A DNA stretch of 64,000 nucleotides from Chloroflexota bacterium (lineage in GTDB: Bacteria; Chloroflexota; Dehalococcoidia; GIF9; AB-539-J10), in assembly GCA_037444365.1 (NCBI GenBank), contig JBBIMO010000004.1:1061-65060 (forward strand), read 5' to 3'. Position 1 is the first letter of the stretch; each line of letters starts with the position of its first letter. The translations under genes were made by a program, and so were the position numbers. Positions 59,239 through 64,000 of this stretch are shown piece after piece. The notes beneath the pieces are model-generated. The model worked only from the letters and a program-made list of their open reading frames with translations, was not told the origin of the DNA and searched no databases.

Positions 59239-60599
59239 ACAAGGGACCCCGCTCTCTGATTATACGTGGTGGGCATGTAGTTGACCCCAGCCAGGACATA
59301 GACCAGGTTGGCGACCTGCTCATTGCCGATGGCAAGATTGTGCATATAACAGACTCTACCACGCTGAGCCGAAGCCCTGAGCATGGCGACGAGATAGCGC
59401 AGATTCTGGATGTCGCAGGGCAAATTGCTTGCCCCGGCTTCATAGACCTCCACTGCCACCTGCGTGAGCTGTATTTTGAGTATAAGGAGACAATCGCCAC
59501 AGGGACACGGGCTGCCGCCATAGGCGGTTTTACCACTGTCTGTTGCATGGCAAATACCGAACCCCCTTTGGATGACCCGGCTGCTGTAGAGTGGCTGAAG
59601 CGAAAAGCAAGCCAGGATGGCTCAGTTGCTGTTCTTCCCGTAGGCTGTATCACCAACGACAGGCGAGGTGAGGAACTAACTGATATGGCCATGCTGGCCC
59701 GAGCTGGGGTGGTTGGCTTCAGCGATGATGGCGACTCGGTAGCAAGCTCATTGCTTATGCGTCGCGCCATGGAATATAGCCGGGACCTGGGCTTGCCGAT
59801 TATCGACCATTGTGAGGATAAGACGCTGAGCAACAACGGCATCATGCACGAAGGTCAGGTGTCCGCCAGGTTGGGGCTAAAAGGGATTCCCGCCGCCGCT
59901 GAAGAGGTCATGGTAGCCCGGGACCTGATTCTGGCAAAGTTGACAGGGGCCAAGCTTCATATTGCCCATGTCAGCACCAAAGGCTCTGTCGAGCTCGTTC
60001 AGCGCGCCAAGGCAGATGGGGTTCTGGTAACCGCCGAGGTCACGCCACATCACCTGACGTTGACCGAGGAAAGAATCGCAGGCAAGTCCCCCAGCAAACC
60101 CTTTGATACCAATGCCAAAGTAAACCCGCCCCTGCGCACCGAAGAGGATGTCCAGGCTCTAATCAGAGGGCTTAACGACGGGGTAATCGATGCTATCGCC
60201 ACTGACCACGCCCCACATACCCAGGCGGACAAAGATTGCCGTGTGGATCTCGCGGCGTTTGGCATCAGCGGACTGGAAACCGCTCTGGGCTGTCTCATGA
60301 GCTTAGTTCACCGCGGTGAGATAAGCCTTACCAAGCTGATTTCCAAGCTAACTTGTGAGCCCGCCAAAGTCATTGGTCGAAGTGGTGAGATGGGCACTCT
60401 CAGGGAAGGCGCCTCAGCCAATATCACCATATTCGACACTGACCGGGAATGGGTAGTGGATAGACTCAATTTTGCCTCCAAAGGCAAAAACACTCCTTAC
60501 GATGGGTACAAGTTTAAGGGCAAGATAACGGCGACCATAGCCAATGGCAAGATAGTCTATATGGATGACTCCTTGGTATCCGTTGTCCCCCCAGAATGA
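59235..60599 (+). CDS. pyrC: dihydroorotase
   Basis: Amidohydrolase metal motifs (DLHCHLRE ... HVSTKGS ... DHAPH). ATGA overlap with pyrB. Confidence 0.9.
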
Positions 60600-60681
60600 A
60601 GAGGATGCAGATGACGGCGAAAGGCGAAGCAGGAAGTAACAGATTCACTGAAGACTTGCAGAATTTGCGAGGTGTAGTCTC

Positions 60682-61824
60682 ATGTCAAAGAAAGCGTTTC
60701 TAGTCCTCGAAGATGGCTCGGTTTATGAAGGCGAAGGCTTCGGCGCCAGTGGCACTACCCATGGTGAGGTGGTTTTCGACACCAGCATGGCCGGCTATCA
60801 GGAAATGCTCACTGACCCCTCATTTGCCGGCCAAATTCTGGTCCCCACGTATCCTTTGATTGGCAACTACGGCACCAACGAGGCTGATTTTGAATCCAAG
60901 CAGATTCAGGTCAGAGGTCTAGCTGTCCGGGAGCATTGCCCTCGCCCCAGCCACTGGCAAAGCACCCGGACTTTGCACGAATTCCTGCTGGCTTACGGCA
61001 TCCCTGGCATCAGCGGTATAGATACCCGTGCCTTGACTCGCCGCCTGAGGTTAAGCGGAGTGATGATGGGAATTATTACAACGGAATTGGCTGCTGAGGC
61101 GGCGTCCGAAAAACTGAAAACCTTACCCAGATATGATTCTGTTGATTTTGTCCATCAAGTGAGCACCGAGAAGGCATACAAGTGGCAATCCAGTGCGCCA
61201 GCCACTGCGAATTTGATCTCCTCTCTCTTGAAGGGAGAGGAAAAGGGTAAGGATGAAGCGAAGCAATCTCTGAGAATTCTGGTCATTGACTGCGGCTTGA
61301 AATACAACATATTGCGTATCTTGAGCCAGCTTGGCTGCCGGGCAACTGCCGTACCGTGCACTGCTTCAGCAAAGGACGTTCTGGATTTAGATCCCGATGG
61401 CATCCTCCTCTCGCCAGGCCCAAGCAATCCTGCTCTCCTCGACGACATCGCAGAAACAGTGAGAAAGCTTATCGGCAAAAAGCCGATGATGGGCATATGC
61501 CTAGGACATCAGCTCATAGGCAAAGCTTTAGGAGCTAAGACCTTCAAGCTGAAGTTCGGGCACCGCGGCGGCAACCACCCGGTGAAGGATTTGTCTACCG
61601 GCAGGGTCTATATCACTGCCCAGAACCATGGCTATGCCGTAGACGCCAGTACCTTGAAAGGAGGACTCGAAGTTAGCCACATAAACTTAAACGATGGCAC
61701 GGTGGAAGGACTTCGCCACCGGGACTTGCCCATCCTGTCCATTCAATACCACTCCGAAGCCTCCCCGGGCCCATGGGACAGCATGTATCTATTTAAGCGA
61801 TTCCTGGAGATGGTGAGAGTGTAG
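60682..61824 (+). CDS. carA: carbamoyl-phosphate synthase small (glutaminase) subunit
   Basis: CarA N-terminus. Class I glutamine amidotransferase triad region (GICLGHQL ... HGY). Confidence 0.9.
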   Translation: MSKKAFLVLEDGSVYEGEGFGASGTTHGEVVFDTSMAGYQEMLTDPSFAGQILVPTYPLIGNYGTNEADFESKQIQVRGLAVREHCPRPSHWQSTRTLHEFLLAYGIPGISGIDTRALTRRLRLSGVMMGIITTELAAEAASEKLKTLPRYDSVDFVHQVSTEKAYKWQSSAPATANLISSLLKGEEKGKDEAKQSLRILVIDCGLKYNILRILSQLGCRATAVPCTASAKDVLDLDPDGILLSPGPSNPALLDDIAETVRKLIGKKPMMGICLGHQLIGKALGAKTFKLKFGHRGGNHPVKDLSTGRVYITAQNHGYAVDASTLKGGLEVSHINLNDGTVEGLRHRDLPILSIQYHSEASPGPWDSMYLFKRFLEMVRV

Positions 61825-61927
61825 AACAATGTCCAAACTATCTAGTCCCCTGGTCATCAGCTCAGAGCCAGCAATCATCGGGCAGGTGGCAGAGTTCGAT
61901 TATGCCGGAACAGACTAGGAAGGATAT

Positions 61928-63397
61928 ATGACGACTAAGGCGAGAATACCGAAATGCATGAGCACACAACACCCCGATAACGTGCACTCCCCGTTCTTTG
62001 CAGAGAACACTGAGCTTGGTGGGGAGGACGAGATACAGGAAGCATACTATGCATTCTCTCATTTGGGCTGTGATGAGCAGATGTGGGATTGTGAGGGCAA
62101 GGAAGTTGACAACTACGTAGTCAAGAAACTACTGACAAAACACGAACCATTCTTCAGGGATAATAGATTAGGCAAGGATGTGTTTGTAACTTTGCGGGTC
62201 CCCAACCCTGCTATAGAAAAGGCGGAAGCAAAGATTCTGTTGGAAACATTGGAAAGCATACCCCGGTCGTTTGATGCCGCTAATCTATTCTACGGAGACG
62301 AGTTACCACCGATATTCGAGGTTATCCTGCCCATGACCGCTTCCCACAAGTGTATTGATCGGATTTACTCATATTATCGCGATTTCATTGTGGCGAGCCA
62401 GAATAAGGCGTTTGGAAAAGGCGACATAACCATCGCTGAATGGATTGGGGAATTCAAGCCTGAAAAAATCAATGTCATCCCTCTCTTCGAGGACATGCCA
62501 CACATGCTTGAAGCCCACAACATAACAAGGGCCTATCTACACGACAAAGGTCTGAAACATCAGCGCGTCTTCCTGGGAAGGTCAGATCCGGCCATGAATT
62601 ACGGACTTGTCAGTGCAGTTCTCTTGAACAAGATAGCCCTTCAAAGGCTGCGGAAACTATCTAAGGAAATTGGTGTGAGAATTTTCCCGATTTTGGGTGT
62701 GGGTTCAGTTCCCTTTCGGGGCAACCTCAACCCGCATACAGTAGAAAGGGTGACAAAGGAGTATCCAAGTGTTCATACGTTTACCATCCAATCCGCATTC
62801 AAATATGATAATCCTCCCGACGAAGTCAGAGAGGCTATAAAGAGACTGCAAGAAAGAGAATGTGGTCCGCCTCAGGAGGTAGCTGAGGAGAGATGCCTGG
62901 AAATGGTTGGGAAATATTCTCAAGAATACCAAAGGCAAATAGAGACATTAGCACCACTGATCAATGAGGTTGCCAAGTATGTCCCGCGTAGAAGAAAAAG
63001 GAAACTACACATAGGGCTATTCGGATACGCACGTAGTATGAGGGGAATCACTCTGCCGAGGGTAATAGCGTTTACCGCTGCTCTCTATTCAGTAGGTTTG
63101 CCACCGGAAGTCCTTGGTCTGAATGCCTTGGATAGAGACGACATTCAATTCATTAAGCAGGTTTATGTAAACTTCGAAGACGACTTGAGGGATTCCCTCA
63201 GGTACCTTAACCCAGATACGGGTTTTTTGCCAAAAGAACTTGAAGCAAGAGTTAGGGATTTCCCAGCGCGCTTTGAAGTTGACGAGGAACACAAAGAAAT
63301 AACGGACTATATTGCATGTTCATTGAAGGAAGATAGAACTGAAGACATGGGGGAATATGCTCTAAGAGCGGCAGCTTTGAGAAGATTCCTGGGATAG
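61928..63397 (+). CDS. ppcA: archaeal-type phosphoenolpyruvate carboxylase
   Basis: N-terminus IPKCMSTQHPDNVHSPFFA ... GGEDEIQEAYYAFSHLGCDEQMWDCEGKEVDNYVVKKLL is characteristic of the ~490-aa archaeal PEPC family. Confidence 0.75.
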   Translation: MTTKARIPKCMSTQHPDNVHSPFFAENTELGGEDEIQEAYYAFSHLGCDEQMWDCEGKEVDNYVVKKLLTKHEPFFRDNRLGKDVFVTLRVPNPAIEKAEAKILLETLESIPRSFDAANLFYGDELPPIFEVILPMTASHKCIDRIYSYYRDFIVASQNKAFGKGDITIAEWIGEFKPEKINVIPLFEDMPHMLEAHNITRAYLHDKGLKHQRVFLGRSDPAMNYGLVSAVLLNKIALQRLRKLSKEIGVRIFPILGVGSVPFRGNLNPHTVERVTKEYPSVHTFTIQSAFKYDNPPDEVREAIKRLQERECGPPQEVAEERCLEMVGKYSQEYQRQIETLAPLINEVAKYVPRRRKRKLHIGLFGYARSMRGITLPRVIAFTAALYSVGLPPEVLGLNALDRDDIQFIKQVYVNFEDDLRDSLRYLNPDTGFLPKELEARVRDFPARFEVDEEHKEITDYIACSLKEDRTEDMGEYALRAAALRRFLG

Positions 63398-63642
63398 AGC
63401 CAAGGAGCAGAGTCCTTGCTGGCTTATGCTTACTGGCACAGCAGCAGCTAGAAGAATGTCGGAGAAAAGAGACGAAAAGGGATGATAGGCAAGTTCAAGA
63501 TGATGAATAGTAAGAAGAATCATCATAGTAGTGGCCATCATTCTCGGGACATAGTTACTGCTGTTCACCAAGATACAGGAGTTATGACCATGTCCGCTGG
63601 AGAACAGCCCTTATATGCAGTGACTGTAGGGAAGGTTTAGGG

Positions 63643-64000
63643 AATGAAGCGCGACCAGTTTGATTATCCCTTGATGACAATAGGAATAATTGGCGGTGGG
63701 CAGTTAGGAAAAATGATGGCCCAAAAAGCCAGAAAGATGGGCTTCAATATCGTGGTTCTGGATCCGACCCCTGATTGTCCTGCGGCTCAGGTTGCCAGTA
63801 AACAGATTGTGGGAGATTTCGGGGATGAGACCAAGTTAAGAGAGCTTGTAGAACAGAGCGATGTTGCAACATACGACATTGAACATGTGGAAACCAAAGT
63901 TTTGAAGACGCTGTCTCATGGAGGACACAGAATCTATCCCTCACCATACCTGCTGGACATCATTCAAGACAAATTGATACAAAGAGATGTGCTACACAAA
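63643..64000 (+). CDS. purK: N5-carboxyaminoimidazole ribonucleotide synthase (PurK)-like ATP-grasp protein, 3' end beyond window
   Basis: MKRDQFDYPLMTIGIIGGGQLGKMMAQKARKMGFNIVVLDP matches the PurK/PurT N-terminal motif. Runs off the window end. Confidence 0.65.

Overview
The window is a chromosomal segment whose gene content points to a Dehalococcoidia-like (Chloroflexota) organism, though this is an inference from gene content and not a database hit. The supporting signals are an archaeal-type PEP carboxylase, an archaeal-type aspartate-semialdehyde dehydrogenase and ApgM-like mutase, and a tungsten aldehyde:ferredoxin oxidoreductase. In addition, a division/cell-wall cluster reduced to mraZ-rsmH-ftsA-ftsZ with no ftsL/ftsI/mur/ddl genes fits a peptidoglycan-less lineage.

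Most of the window is housekeeping. Identified genes are polA (truncated at the window start), a PolX/PHP polymerase, valS-coaBC-coaX, corA, etfBA, an EF-G paralog, gatC-(PlsY-like)-gatA, asd, tRNA-Pro(CGG), apgM-like, lysC, gyrA, dnaX-ybaB-recR, priA-rplS-trmD, pyrR-pyrB-pyrC-carA, ppcA and a partial purK.

The accessory-looking stretch is roughly 34.0-49.3 kb. It holds two tandem paralogous secreted right-handed beta-helix proteins that share a signal peptide and a unique ~90-aa C-terminal domain starting with Cys. Each is preceded by a conserved ~200-nt leader containing a terminator-like hairpin. These are followed by an AbfD/HpaB-family enzyme and an FrhB-like Fe-S flavoprotein fused to a sigma70-region-4-like HTH. 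Next comes a minus-strand module (ordered by coordinate) of acyl-CoA synthetase, tungsten AOR, a small Cys-containing ORF, Fe-alcohol dehydrogenase and two SCP2 proteins; the SCP2 genes are promoter-proximal and the acyl-CoA synthetase gene promoter-distal. Divergent from it lies a ThiF/MoeB E1 - ThiS/MoaD (C-terminal GG) pair.

Several promoters, attenuator-like structures, MraZ boxes and a PyrR box are readable directly from the sequence. No CRISPR array, integrase, transposase or prophage signature was seen.
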